A DNA stretch of 64,000 nucleotides, taken from positions 10,751-74,750 of the forward strand of contig CAYHBT010000001.1 of assembly GCA_964354935.1 (NCBI GenBank), read 5' to 3'. Shown in pieces: positions 18,622 through 26,800 of this stretch (position 1 is its first letter; the number at the start of each line of letters is the position of its first letter). The DNA comes from an uncultured Candidatus Saccharibacteria bacterium. GTDB lineage: Bacteria > Patescibacteriota > Minisyncoccia > Phycocordibacterales > UBA9973. Below the pieces are notes generated by a model. It was not told where the DNA came from, did not search any database, and was given only the letters and a program-made list of their open reading frames with translations. The position numbers were made by a program, and so were the translations under genes.

Positions 18622-18693
18622 GCCCTCGTAGTTCAATGGATAGAACAAATTCGTCCTAAGAATTGGATGTCAGTTCGATTCTGGCCGAGGGCA
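18622..18693 (+). tRNA. tRNA-Arg(CCT)
   Basis: Sequence gccctcgtagttcaatggatagaacaaattcgtCCTaagaattggatgtcagttcgattctggccgagggca. Cloverleaf with a TTCGATT T-loop. Confidence 0.7.
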
Positions 18694-18733
18694 CAATTTT
18701 GATTTTTCTTTCTATTTTTGCTAGTATTTACTT

Positions 18734-18970
18734 ATGTTGCCGGAAGAAAGAGAACTTTTAAAAAAGAGTGTCAGTCTTGCGGAAGAGAATAATAAAATGC
18801 TTCATCTAATGAGGCGTTCTCAGCGGGTTTCGCAATTTATGAGCCTTTTGTATTGGGTGCTCATTATAGGTTCCGCCGTCGGCGCATATGTTCTTATCCA
18901 GCCGTATGTAGATCAAGTTGTGGAAACTTACGGAAGTTTTAGTTCGATGATTAAGAATTTTGCAAGATAA
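18734..18970 (+). CDS. hypothetical small membrane protein
   Basis: One predicted TM helix (LLYWVLIIGSAVGAYVLI). Confidence 0.35.
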   Translation: MLPEERELLKKSVSLAEENNKMLHLMRRSQRVSQFMSLLYWVLIIGSAVGAYVLIQPYVDQVVETYGSFSSMIKNFAR

Positions 18971-19058
18971 ATATATTGAGATGAAACTAAAAAAGTTGAA
19001 AAGACGTGATTATATTGCTAGTATAGTCAAAGATGGTTTTATAAAAATAAAACCTTAG

Positions 19059-19130
19059 GCCGAGGTAGCTCAGTAGTAGAGCTCTCCCCTGAAGAGGGAT
19101 AGGTCGGCAGTGCGATTCTGCCCCTCGGCA
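19059..19130 (+). tRNA. tRNA-Phe(GAA)
   Basis: Sequence gccgaggtagctcagtagtagagctctcccctGAAgagggataggtcggcagtgcgattctgcccctcggca. The T-loop reads tgcgatt, not the canonical ttcgatt. Confidence 0.75.
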
Positions 19131-19249
19131 CATATTCGGAATAAGTAGAGCCGACGCTGTACTCAGCTCCGACGATTCTGTCGGAGAGCCGACCTTGCGT
19201 CGGCTTTGGTAGTAGCGTTCCCCTCCGACGCTACGGTCGGAGCAGGCTG

Positions 19250-19306
19250 AAGAGGGATAGGTCACCAGTTCGATTCTGGTCCTCGGCACAAAGCACCAAC
19301 ATACAA
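19250..19306 (+). pseudogene. duplicated 3' half of tRNA-Phe (anticodon loop through acceptor end) with a canonical TTCGATT T-loop. It lies 120 nt downstream of the intact gene.
   Basis: ctgaagagggataggtcaccagttcgattctggtcctcggca parallels residues 32-73 of the upstream tRNA-Phe. Confidence 0.6.
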
Positions 19307-19308
19307 AA

Positions 19309-19334
19309 GAGCACACTGCTGTGCTCTTTTTCTG
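19309..19334 (+). terminator. rho-independent terminator (agagcacactgctgtgctct + TTTTT)
   Basis: Hairpin followed by a T-tract. Confidence 0.6.
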
Positions 19335-19575
19335 TGCTTTGTGCAGACGGAAGTATGTTTTTCTAGTAAGAAAAATAACTGAGTCCGGGGCTGGAAAATT
19401 TGCTTTTGACGGAAAGCAAATTATTGTGGCTCACATGAACTATGAACGCGAAGCGTTCTAATAATAGTATTCTCGCGGATTTCTTTTTAAAAATTCGGCG
19501 GGATTCGGAACTCTGCCCGCAGGAGAGATGTGCTATGAGGAATGTGTAGAGGATTTTTATACGAGATTCGTTTAG

Positions 19576-20538
19576 TTATTCTAATTCCAAGCCTATTCTG
19601 TTTTTTTTTGCTAAATTTAGATAATGTTTTCCAATTGCAATATCAAATATAGCCATACCCATTGGATTAAACATAACTGGCTGTTCTTTAGAATAAGATT
19701 TCATGCAGTTATTTATCACCATATCCACAATAGATTTCGTGTTCTCTTTCTGTAATGTTTTCTCAATGTGAAAAATTTCAATATCTGTTTTCTCCCTGCA
19801 CACTTCCTCCCAGTTATCTACTATTATTGAATTTTTCACAAACTCATACATATTGGTTTTATAATCTCGCAGTGACACATTAAGGAGTAAAGAACCTGGC
19901 TTTGGCTTTTTATCAATATATGTTTTTTTAGATACAGTGCATGTGATTACAACGTCACTTTGTTCGTATGCCTCTAACCAATTTCTTGCAATTACCACCT
20001 TGGGATTATTTTGAAAATTTTCTGGATCAATCTCTCGAAGATCATGAATAATAATTTTTGAAATTTTATCACCATATAATTCTTTGCACATATGATAGTG
20101 ATATTGACCGATGGGTCCAAAACCAATGATTCCAACGGTGAAACTATTTAAATTTCTAACTTGTAAAAAATATCTCAGGACTAAAGAACTTACGGATACT
20201 GTACGGATTATACTCAGACGATTGGCATTAATAATTGAGAGAAATTGACCCGTATTTGAGTTGTTTAGAATGATAACACTAGAAGCTCTCGGAATCTTTT
20301 TCTCGATATTTTTTGGGAAACTTGCAATCCATTTTATTCCAGCTATGTTGAATTTTCCACCAATATATGCTGGCATTGCAATGATCCTGTTTTTTAAATC
20401 CTTAAATCGTAGATATGGCTTAACAGGCTGAACTATGTCTGATTGGGCCAAACATTTAACCGCATCGACGATTATATCTGTGCACGATTTCCAATCAATA
20501 CCAAGCTTGTCTATATCTTTTTCATTTAAATAAATCAT
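19576..20538 (-). CDS. sbnB: SbnB-like NAD-dependent dehydrogenase (ornithine cyclodeaminase/mu-crystallin family). In SbnB this is the second step of L-2,3-diaminopropionate synthesis.
   Basis: Blocks VQPVKPYLR, RIIAMPAYIGGKFNIAGIKWIAS, VVITCTV and NPMGMAIFDI match S. aureus SbnB as recalled from memory. Translationally coupled to the upstream PLP enzyme (ATGA overlap). Confidence 0.7.
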   Translation of the reverse strand: MIYLNEKDIDKLGIDWKSCTDIIVDAVKCLAQSDIVQPVKPYLRFKDLKNRIIAMPAYIGGKFNIAGIKWIASFPKNIEKKIPRASSVIILNNSNTGQFLSIINANRLSIIRTVSVSSLVLRYFLQVRNLNSFTVGIIGFGPIGQYHYHMCKELYGDKISKIIIHDLREIDPENFQNNPKVVIARNWLEAYEQSDVVITCTVSKKTYIDKKPKPGSLLLNVSLRDYKTNMYEFVKNSIIVDNWEEVCREKTDIEIFHIEKTLQKENTKSIVDMVINNCMKSYSKEQPVMFNPMGMAIFDIAIGKHYLNLAKKNRIGLELE

Positions 20539-21491
20539 ATTGTTATTCCAAAATTTTCTTTACACCACTTAGCATTAAATATTGTGGTCAAGTATCGTTT
20601 ACCGTTGTCGGCAAAGATGGTTAACACAGTAGGTGGTTCAGCAAATGTTTTATTTTTGAAATAGGTCTCAATTGCAGATATTACAGATCCTGATGAACCA
20701 CCGACAAATAGGCCATGATCTTTTATAAGTCGATGGCACATTTCAATTGCTGATTTTTCTGGTACTTTTATGACTTCATCAATCTGAGCACTTTGCAGTA
20801 TTGACGGAACCATACTTGAACCCATTCCAGGGATATAACGTTTTTTTGGTTCACCGCCAAATATAATTGAACCTTCAGTATCGACTGCAATTATTTTTGT
20901 CTGAGGAAATAATTTCTTGATTTTTTGAGACACTCCTGTAATAGTTCCACCTGAACTTACGCCTACGAATACATAATCTATAATGGATAGATCATTACAA
21001 ATTTCAGTGCCTAATGTTTCATAATATGCAGCAGCATTGTATGGGTTGCTGTACTGGTTTACCCAGTATGAATTTGGGTATGCCGAAATTAGTTCCTTAA
21101 CTTTTTTGATGCGGTTGAGCAAGTAGCCTCCATTTCCATCAACTTCAGAAATCTTTGTGACATGCTCTGTCAGATTTTTCAAGATTGCTTCGTTGATGGG
21201 TGAGATGTTTTTGTCTATGATACAGTGGAATTTTAAGTCTAATTTTTTACAGTATGAAGCTAAGGAGATGCCTAAATTCCCCGATGACGACTCGATGATT
21301 ACAGTGTCTTTATTAATCTCACCAGTTGAAAGTACTTTATTAAGAATATAAGATGCAGCACGATCTTTAACGCTACCAGTTGGGTTATAGCCTTCCAGTT
21401 TTGCAAACAATTTAATATTGTCTAAACCATTATGGTTAATTTTAATGAGAGGAGTATTACCCACATTGTCTAGAAAATCTTTATATATCAT
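20535..21491 (-). CDS. sbnA: SbnA-like PLP-dependent enzyme (cysteine synthase fold). In SbnA this condenses O-phospho-L-serine with L-glutamate.
   Basis: KDR PLP-lysine region (TGSVKDRAASYIL), IESSSGNLGISLA, GGYLLNRIKKVKEL, YWVNQYSN, IIAVDTEGSIIFG and GMGSSMVPSIL, as in the SbnA family. Confidence 0.7.
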   Translation of the reverse strand: MIYKDFLDNVGNTPLIKINHNGLDNIKLFAKLEGYNPTGSVKDRAASYILNKVLSTGEINKDTVIIESSSGNLGISLASYCKKLDLKFHCIIDKNISPINEAILKNLTEHVTKISEVDGNGGYLLNRIKKVKELISAYPNSYWVNQYSNPYNAAAYYETLGTEICNDLSIIDYVFVGVSSGGTITGVSQKIKKLFPQTKIIAVDTEGSIIFGGEPKKRYIPGMGSSMVPSILQSAQIDEVIKVPEKSAIEMCHRLIKDHGLFVGGSSGSVISAIETYFKNKTFAEPPTVLTIFADNGKRYLTTIFNAKWCKENFGITI

Positions 21492-21646
21492 CGAAGTTCC
21501 TTTAATTTAGATGGTTAGTAATATATAATAGTATTTATTATTAGTCAAGCAAAACGTAATGGTTCAATAGCTTGAAATAATAAGACAGATCGAATACTTT
21601 TATGTTAATATATAAACACTTATCTATATTATAAATAAGTATAAAG

Positions 21647-22402
21647 ATGAAAGAAAATTTACCAAAACAAAATCCATCGCTCGGCATTAATGTTTTTAGA
21701 CACGGTAAATCACGATACAAACAAGAAGAAGTGCTAATTGAAGAAGCTAGGGACTTAACAGCAGAAGGAGTTGATGATGTTAAAAAAAGTGCTGAAGCAT
21801 TAGTTAAGCTTATTAAACCAGATGAAGAGGTTGAGATCTGGTCATCTCCGATGGGGAGAACATTACAAACTGCAAAAATAATTGCTCAGGTTTTAGAGGA
21901 AAAGCAAGTACATATTCGAAAAAAAGGAGATTCTAATAAACATGGGATAAAAGTTTTCGAACAATTTTCGGAAGTTAAAAATTTTTCGTGGAAACTTTTT
22001 TATCCACTTGTAGCTGGTGGTGAAGTTGAATTTGCTGGAAATCAACGAGACTTTCTATTACGTCGTTTATTTTCTCCTTCATTTAAAATGCCTTTAGTAA
22101 AAAATGTCTTAAAAGAAGGACTTGTTGAATTCAAACGAATAAGTAATATGGGTACGAATGATAAAAAAGGATTTAATCGTAAGTTTAGACGAAAAGATCG
22201 TCAGGAATTAAACTATTATCTAAATCATAAAGAAGAAGTAGGGTTTGGAAAAGCTATTTCTGAAGAAGATCAAATGACATTAACTCAAAATAATGCAAGA
22301 TTTTTAATCCAAAAAATGAACATTCCAGAGAGTATTTTAAATAAGCCTTTTCAGCAATTAAGTAATACTGAAATACAAATTTTAAGTGCTGCATTGCGTT
22401 AG
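21647..22402 (+). CDS. histidine phosphatase superfamily protein (phosphoglycerate mutase-like) with a C-terminal extension
   Basis: RHG motif (VFRHGKSRY) and IWSSPMGRTLQTA. Confidence 0.6.
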   Translation: MKENLPKQNPSLGINVFRHGKSRYKQEEVLIEEARDLTAEGVDDVKKSAEALVKLIKPDEEVEIWSSPMGRTLQTAKIIAQVLEEKQVHIRKKGDSNKHGIKVFEQFSEVKNFSWKLFYPLVAGGEVEFAGNQRDFLLRRLFSPSFKMPLVKNVLKEGLVEFKRISNMGTNDKKGFNRKFRRKDRQELNYYLNHKEEVGFGKAISEEDQMTLTQNNARFLIQKMNIPESILNKPFQQLSNTEIQILSAALR

Positions 22403-22484
22403 GTAAAAGATTAAAAAATTAAAGAAATATCCTTAGATTGATTTATGATTATTAGATCAATGATAGTATCTAAATAATTTTAAA

Positions 22485-23327
22485 ATGGACACAAATTATG
22501 GAAAAAAAACTGCTCCTCCCACTCAATTAATTGCTGAATCTTTTGGTTCTAGAAAAAAACCAGTCCCTTTGAAGGGTGGACAATGTACAACTTATATTTC
22601 TGGAAATATAGTTCTAAAACCAGTTGGACGCGCCGAATCATTAATCTGGAAAGCAGAAGTTTTTAACAATTTGCCCGAAGTTTCAGTTTCTAATGTTCGT
22701 TTCACTAAATACATTAAATCGATTTATAATACATGGATACACGAAGGTTATAGTGCATACTTTTTCTTAGCAGGAAAACATGTAAGTGGTAAATATAAAG
22801 AAAAATTAAAGGCTAGTTGCGAATATCATAAACTTCTTAAAAATATTAAAAAACCTAGTTTTTTAGATGTTCCCGGAGGTCCTTGGTCAACAGCTAATAA
22901 GGTTGCTTTAGATGAAAAGGAATTTGATTATGATTATGATTTTTTTGATTTATATAATCAGATAAAACCACATTTAGAACCCCTAGATAAAAATAAACAG
23001 TTAATTCACGCAGATTTATCAGGAAATTTTCTTTTTGATGAAATTTTACCTCCGGCCATTATAGATTTTTCTCCTGCTTGGGCGCCAAACGGATTTGCTG
23101 AAGCAATAATGTTGGCTGATGCAATTGTTTGGGAAAATGCTGACTACAAAGATTTGGAGGTTTTTAAGAAAGTACCTAATATTGGAAAATTGGTGTGGAG
23201 GGGAATTTTAACTAGAATTGTAGAACAAGCTGAACATATTAAATGGTTTGGTAAAGATAGAGTATTGGCTGTTAAGGACGCACAAGCATTTCAAAAGGCA
23301 ATAGATTATTTAAAAGTAAATTATTAG
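22485..23327 (+). CDS. APH/choline-kinase-like phosphotransferase family protein
   Basis: Gly-rich loop plus Lys (LKGGQCTTYISGNIVLKPV), catalytic loop HADLSGNFLF, and IDFSPAW. Confidence 0.5.
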   Translation: MDTNYGKKTAPPTQLIAESFGSRKKPVPLKGGQCTTYISGNIVLKPVGRAESLIWKAEVFNNLPEVSVSNVRFTKYIKSIYNTWIHEGYSAYFFLAGKHVSGKYKEKLKASCEYHKLLKNIKKPSFLDVPGGPWSTANKVALDEKEFDYDYDFFDLYNQIKPHLEPLDKNKQLIHADLSGNFLFDEILPPAIIDFSPAWAPNGFAEAIMLADAIVWENADYKDLEVFKKVPNIGKLVWRGILTRIVEQAEHIKWFGKDRVLAVKDAQAFQKAIDYLKVNY

Positions 23328-23347
23328 TTGCTCACAATTGAATTTTT

Positions 23348-23845
23348 CTAGAGCGATTTGACTTTAATGTTATTGGTTTTGTCTTTGTCCACTTTTTGCA
23401 GCTTGATGGTGAGCAGGCCGTGTTTTTCGGTCGCTTCGACTTCTTCCGGTTCTATTTCTTGCGGGAGTGAAAGAGTGCGAGAAAATCTTCCCCAATATAA
23501 TTCTTTGGTGAAATAATTTTCATCGTCTATATTGCGATGCTCTTCGCGTTGGCCGATGATGGTGATGATATCGCGAGCGATGGTCAACTCCAAATCTTCC
23601 GGTTTTACTCCGGCTACCATTGTCTGCACGACGATTTCCGTCGGAGTCTGATAGACATCGACTGCCAGCTCTGCTTCTTCATTTTCTTCTTCAATCCAAT
23701 TGTTGTTGGTCTCCTGTTTTTTTTCTTTATCGTTATTTTTACGCGAATGCGCGCCGACTGAAATTCTTTTCGGCTCTTCGTATTCTTCTTTTTCAGCGTG
23801 AGTATTTCCAGTTAGTCTATCCCAAAAACTTCTTTTTTTATCCAT
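23348..23845 (-). CDS. Hsp20/alpha-crystallin small heat-shock protein with a charged N-terminal extension
   Basis: Alpha-crystallin domain spanning VDVYQTPTEIVVQTMVAGVKPEDLELTIA through GLLTIKLQK. Confidence 0.75.
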   Translation of the reverse strand: MDKKRSFWDRLTGNTHAEKEEYEEPKRISVGAHSRKNNDKEKKQETNNNWIEEENEEAELAVDVYQTPTEIVVQTMVAGVKPEDLELTIARDIITIIGQREEHRNIDDENYFTKELYWGRFSRTLSLPQEIEPEEVEATEKHGLLTIKLQKVDKDKTNNIKVKSL

Positions 23846-23920
23846 CCCATTATAAATTAAATTAATAATCTTTGTTTATATATCCCGTTCGATTAAATTT
23901 ATAACGGGACAAGTAAATTT

Positions 23921-24640
23921 TTATTTCATTCTTCTTACTTTTTCAAAAAGTAACATCATAATAATAGTCACGACCCACAAGAAACCAAACACTTTCAGAA
24001 AGTCATTTCCACTATTCCTTATTATAAAAAAATTAAAGACACTATGCAAGAGGATAGCCGAGATTAGGCCAAGAAAGAGGTACAATACTCTTTTAAACAT
24101 TCCGGAATACATAGAAATCCCGAGCATTATTCCTAAAATTCCACTAGAAACGGTGTGTAAAAGAGTCGATCCTAAAAATCTGAGCTCTCCGGTTAGCAAT
24201 CCGACCGTGTTTTGTCCCAATTGAAGCGGTTTGATTAAAAATAGGGCGTTTTCAAGGGCTGCAAAGCCCAAGGCGGCAGTTATTAAGTAAACTGGCCAAT
24301 CCATCGGTTCATCAATAAAGCTTGTTCGGGCGAGCACAATTAGCACTGCGAGATACTTGATCACTTCTTCGACGCTTGCCCAAAGCGCGATTTGACTTTC
24401 CGCTCCGCCGATATGCGTTTGGATAAATCTTTGTATGGGCAAAGCAAAAATCACTCCTGCCATACCAACGATAAATACCACCGCGAGAATCCCTTTTGGT
24501 TCAGGATTCCTTTTGTCTTCTTTGAGCCAAAACCACAACCATAAAAGAGAGGGAATAATTCCCCCTAAAAAAGCCAAGCCTAAAATTTTCGGGTCGCTAG
24601 TCATTTGGCTTGCCCGCCAAACTGGAGGGCCATTTTTCAA
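23921..24640 (-). CDS. PrsW-family intramembrane metalloprotease-like membrane protein
   Basis: Multiple TM helices. EEVIKY, FAALEN and HTVSSG motifs. Confidence 0.5.
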   Translation of the reverse strand: MKNGPPVWRASQMTSDPKILGLAFLGGIIPSLLWLWFWLKEDKRNPEPKGILAVVFIVGMAGVIFALPIQRFIQTHIGGAESQIALWASVEEVIKYLAVLIVLARTSFIDEPMDWPVYLITAALGFAALENALFLIKPLQLGQNTVGLLTGELRFLGSTLLHTVSSGILGIMLGISMYSGMFKRVLYLFLGLISAILLHSVFNFFIIRNSGNDFLKVFGFLWVVTIIMMLLFEKVRRMK

Positions 24641-26762
24641 CCATTAATAAATTTTTATTTTTAGTTGGCATCATAGACCATATTTCTTCAGTGACGAATG
24701 GAGTGAAAGGATGCAGAATTTTTAAAATTTTTATAAGAGTGCTAATTAAAAATTGTTTGCGTGAAAGTATTATTGCCTCATGTAAGTTTGCTGTTTCAAA
24801 AATTGATTTACTTTCTTCAATAATGATATCCGCAAATCGCCCCCATGTATAATGATAAATTTTTTCGGCAGCAATATAAAATTTATATTCGTCCATCTCT
24901 TTAGTTATTTCGCTGATTAAGTTGTCTATTTCTTTTATTTGGTCTTTATCTTCTTGATTAAAATCAGTAAAATTTTCATCATATTTTATATCTTTCGTAT
25001 TGTCCAAGACAAATCTTGTTATATTCCAAATTTTGTTTGCAAAATTTTTATAGCCCCTAATTTTATCTTCAGATAAAGCAAGCGAAGTTCCCGGAGTGTT
25101 ACCTACAACCATTCCCATACGAAATGCGTCAGTGCCGTATTTCTCCGTTAGTATTAATGGATCAATAACATTTCCTTTGCTTTTGCTCATTTTTTGCCCC
25201 TTTGCGTCTAGGACTAGTCCGTGCAGATAAACGGTGGTAAAAGGTACTTTTCCTGTTATGTAAAGTCCCAACATAATCATTCTCGAAACCCAAAAAAATA
25301 TTATTTCTCCGGCTGTTTCCATCACATCGGTCGGGTAAAATGTTTTAAAATCAGGGGAGTCAGGATAACCGAGAGTTACAAAAGGCCATTGGCCTGATGA
25401 AAACCAAGTATCAAAAGTGTCGTGGTCTTGTGTAACTTCACTGCTACATTTTTCACATTTTTCAATTTTGTTTTCTAGATCTACCATGCCATGTCCGCAT
25501 TTAGCGCAAATTTTTGCCGGAATGGGAATGCCCCAGACTATTTGTCTCGAGATATTCCAATCCATTATATTTTCTAGCCAGTAAGTTGTGATCTTTTTAT
25601 AATGCTCGGGAATATATTTTATTTCTTCATTATTTATTTTTTCTAACGCTTTTTCCGCGAGCGGTTTCATTTTTACGAACCATTGGCTTTTTATTTGTGG
25701 TTCAATGATTGTTCCGCATTTATAACAAGTTCGGACGACATGTTTATAATTTTCATCTATTTTTTCCACCAAACCTTTTTTTTGAAGTTTTTCAACTATC
25801 AATGCTCGCGCTTTTTTTATATGCTGTCCCGCGAACTCTCCAGCGATAGGGAGCAGTTTGCCATTTTCATCAATAACTTGCTCTTTATCTAAATTATGTC
25901 TTTCAGCTATTCCAAAGTCAGTCGCATCGTGCCAAGGAGTGATGGTCATTACACCAGTACCGAAATTCATATCCAAAGCATCGTCTTTTATGATCGTGGC
26001 CGTAATTTTTCCATTTATCCACTCCAATTCAAATTGCTCTCCATCTTCGTATTGTTTATAGCGTTTATCGTCAGGATGCATAACAACATATTTATCTCCG
26101 AATTTTGTTTCAGGTCTTGAAGTTGATATCGTAAATGGTCCATATTTTAAATAATAATATGGCTCAACTCTTTCTTCGTCTTTTATTTCAAGATCAGAAA
26201 AAGAAGTTTGATGTTTTGAGCACCAACTAACAATTCTATTTCCTCGATAGATTAAATTGTCATCATTCATTCTTTTAAATGTCTGATAGACAGTTTTTAT
26301 CACATCAGGATCAAGGGTAAATTTTTCTCGTGACCAATCACAGGAAGCTCCCATTTTTTTTATCTGAGATTTTATATTTTTTGAATTGGTGAGAGTAAAG
26401 TCTAAAATTTCTTTATATAGTTGTTTTGGTTCTATTTCAAATCTAGTTCGTCCTTCTTTTTCTAATTTTTTTTCATAAACAACTTGAGTTTCAAAACCGG
26501 CATGGTCTAGTCCCGGAAGCCAAAGCGTTTTGAATCCTCTCATTCTTTTGTAACGAACCATTATGTCTTCAATCGTCATCACTAAGCCGTGCCCGGCGTG
26601 CAGAGAACCATTAGCATTAGTCGGGGGCATTATGAGTGTAAAGGGCTTCGCCTTAGGATCAGCCGTTTTGTCCGGATTAAAAAAACCGCTATCTTCCCAT
26701 AGCTTGTAGATTCTTTCTTCGGTTTCTTTGGGGTTGTAGGGCTTTTTTAGCTTTTCGTCCAT
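24597..26762 (-). CDS. valS: valyl-tRNA synthetase (short C-terminus)
   Basis: PPTNANGSLHAGH (HIGH), KMSKSKGN, and an editing domain (TSRPET, GTGVMTITPWHD). Confidence 0.9.
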   Translation of the reverse strand: MDEKLKKPYNPKETEERIYKLWEDSGFFNPDKTADPKAKPFTLIMPPTNANGSLHAGHGLVMTIEDIMVRYKRMRGFKTLWLPGLDHAGFETQVVYEKKLEKEGRTRFEIEPKQLYKEILDFTLTNSKNIKSQIKKMGASCDWSREKFTLDPDVIKTVYQTFKRMNDDNLIYRGNRIVSWCSKHQTSFSDLEIKDEERVEPYYYLKYGPFTISTSRPETKFGDKYVVMHPDDKRYKQYEDGEQFELEWINGKITATIIKDDALDMNFGTGVMTITPWHDATDFGIAERHNLDKEQVIDENGKLLPIAGEFAGQHIKKARALIVEKLQKKGLVEKIDENYKHVVRTCYKCGTIIEPQIKSQWFVKMKPLAEKALEKINNEEIKYIPEHYKKITTYWLENIMDWNISRQIVWGIPIPAKICAKCGHGMVDLENKIEKCEKCSSEVTQDHDTFDTWFSSGQWPFVTLGYPDSPDFKTFYPTDVMETAGEIIFFWVSRMIMLGLYITGKVPFTTVYLHGLVLDAKGQKMSKSKGNVIDPLILTEKYGTDAFRMGMVVGNTPGTSLALSEDKIRGYKNFANKIWNITRFVLDNTKDIKYDENFTDFNQEDKDQIKEIDNLISEITKEMDEYKFYIAAEKIYHYTWGRFADIIIEESKSIFETANLHEAIILSRKQFLISTLIKILKILHPFTPFVTEEIWSMMPTKNKNLLMVEKWPSSLAGKPND

Positions 26763-26800
26763 ACCCCAATAATATCATATTTATCCGCCCTTTGGCGAGG

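Noticed and set aside
18987-19316. 109-aa minus-strand ORF
   Set aside because: It lies entirely over the tRNA-Phe gene, its duplicated 3' half and the terminator. It is an artefact of GC-rich structured RNA sequence.
19340-19575. Integrase, excisionase or second att site for the tRNA-Phe-associated island
   Set aside because: No integrase-like ORF and no further copy of the tRNA 3' half were found within the window. The island boundaries are inferred from composition only.
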